A program made the position numbers and the translations under genes. The notes beneath the pieces are model-generated. The model saw only the letters and a list, made by a program, of their open reading frames with translations, made no database searches and was not told the DNA's origin. A stretch of 64,000 nt of DNA from Antechinus flavipes (Eukaryota). Every line of letters begins with the position of its first letter. The first letter of the stretch is position 1. Positions 62,179 through 64,000 of the stretch are shown one piece after another. The DNA is taken from NCBI RefSeq assembly GCF_016432865.1, contig NC_067400.1:333126001-333190000 (forward strand). Reading direction: 5' to 3'.

Positions 62179-63861
62179 ACCAACATTATTTAATAACAAC
62201 AACATACTCTTATTTTTACAAGCCCTTTATAATTTTCAAAATATTTAATCATCATATTATTCCTGTGAGACAGGAATAATCAAATCATTTTACTAACAAA
62301 GAAATTAAGGTCTAGAGAGGTTCTATGACTTGATCATAGTTGCGGAGCTGGCAAGTAAATAATGAAAGTCAACTCAGGTCTTCCCAATTCTAGGTCCAAT
62401 ATTCTGTCCAGTAAGCCACCCTGCCTGAAAGAAAGCTATCATTAGCAGGTGAAGCAACACATATACTTTATTATAATATGTAGACCCAGTACAACTCTAT
62501 ACCTGTAATGGAGAAACTTCATGTTTTTCCCGTCCTGGGATTTTTCTGAGAGCTGAGAAACTAGAGTACAAATGGGCAAGAACCCAAAAAGGTCTATGTC
62601 ATAAGGGAACCAGTAAGCATTTTTTCCCCAAATAAATGGGCACATTTTCCCCTCAATATTCAGTAAATCAGTTACAAATACCCATGTGGAAAGCATGCCA
62701 AATCTGAACCAATCACTTTAATTACTTTATCATCCACTGAAATGAAATCTGAACAGCACTGAGGCAGAAGATGGGATTTGTTCCAGAGGTTAATCAATTA
62801 TACCTTCTTGGTATATGAGAATGTTTCAGTAGCACAGGCAGCAATCATTCAAACACTAAAAGTTATGTATCAAAATCTATTTATTTTTAAAAAATTCTTT
62901 GGAGGGAGCCTTCAGTCCTCAAATTTTGGTTTTATGTTCATTTGCTCTGAATACTATCAATGATTAACATATCCATTTCTTTTCTTCCCCACTCCTCTTT
63001 CTCCTCTGTCTACTTGCCTAATCCAAACTATGTTTAAAGACCATTCAAGTCTGCCTCCAAGGTTTTTTCTTCCTTGATTATAGTTGAAAGTATCAATAAT
63101 AATAACTGACATAAAAATGACATTTTAAAGTTTACAAAGCATTTTACTTAAGTAGTCTAAGTTGAGCTTCCTAATATTCTATAAAATAGAAACTAATATC
63201 TACGTTTTACACTTAGGAAACAGGCTTCAGAAGGTTAAAAAATGACTTATGTAGATCAAATCATTAATCATATTAAAAGAAGGATTTTAATACAGGTCTT
63301 CTCTGATTGCAAATGTATCACTTTACTTACAATATAATTTCCCTCTTTGTGCATATTTCATTCTCTGAATCATGTTTTAAAATGTCTAATATTTTGATTG
63401 TATTTTGTTTCATAATTATTTTCTTTCCATAAGTTTCTCACTTCCCAACTACAGAATCAGAAATTGTGTACTACTGTTAATCAGTGGCAAGTGTACCAAG
63501 AATAAAAAGGGAAAATTTTAAAGGTGAATATGATCTTGGTGATCTCAGACTCACTTTTGGAAATAGAGCATTCATAGATAAGGAAAATTAATACCACCAC
63601 AAAAATGTCCAAAATCTGGACTAATTTGGGTAGGGACATCAAAGAAGTCTCAGATTAATTACCAGATCCTCATTACAAGAAATAGGGAGCCCATTTGAAA
63701 CTTCTAGAATAGGAATTATAATCATAAAGTATTAATATTGGGAAGTACCTGATAGAATATTCTAGCCATTTTATGGATAACAAGTCTTAAGGCTCAGGGA
63801 AATGACTATGGAAAGTCATTTAGTTAGAAAGTGGACTCAACTCATTCCTTTATTTTTTCTA

Positions 63862-64000
63862 TTTTGTTGTTTTTGTTCATTTGTTTTCACTCATGTCTGA
63901 TTCTTTATGACCCTAATTGAGGTTTTCTTGGCAAATATATTGAAATGGTTTGCCATTTCCTTTCCCACCCCATTTACAGATGAAGAAAGTAAGGAAAACA
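63862..64000 (-). mobile_element. Mar1 CORE-SINE, truncated by the window edge
   Basis: ttttcttggcaaatatattgaaatggtttgccatttcc...catttacagatgaagaaa. Confidence 0.8.

Noticed and set aside
1-64000. tRNA, rRNA, snRNA genes, CRISPR arrays, CpG-island promoter, numt
   Set aside because: None recognised. tRNA-like box motifs occur only as SINE heads, and no extended CpG-rich region is present.

Overview
AT-rich, CpG-poor mammalian DNA dominated by transposable elements, with two assembly gaps (5521-5694, 53442-53602). The repeat inventory (Mar1 CORE-SINEs with BovB-like tails, WSINE1-type short SINEs, RTE-related WALLSI-type SINEs, marsupial-type L1 3' UTRs, MIR, L2, CR1/L3, hAT MITEs, solo LTRs) indicates a marsupial, probably Australian and possibly a dasyurid; this is an inference from recalled consensus sequences. 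I recognise no host protein-coding gene. The longer ORFs with recognisable content are L1 ORF1/ORF2 or CR1 RT remnants; the rest are unrecognised. The window reads as intergenic DNA or a large intron. Several repeat-free islands with retained CpGs and TF-like motifs (about 4.1, 17.0, 20.0, 39.6, 43.7, 51.6 and 60.8 kb) look like regulatory elements. The most notable items are: (i) a composite nuclear-receptor element at 17027-17050 (perfect DR5 RARE, GGTTCA-n5-AGTTCA, overlapping an IR1); (ii) a ~934-bp near-identical tandem duplication with A-run breakpoints (33162-35029); (iii) an exact 25-bp-period triplicated motif at 20701-20775; (iv) nested TE stacks and several TSD-resolved L1 and LTR insertions; (v) a few weak splice-signal-defined exon candidates. 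TE boundaries are approximate unless a TSD is given, and family names come from recognition, not from a database search.
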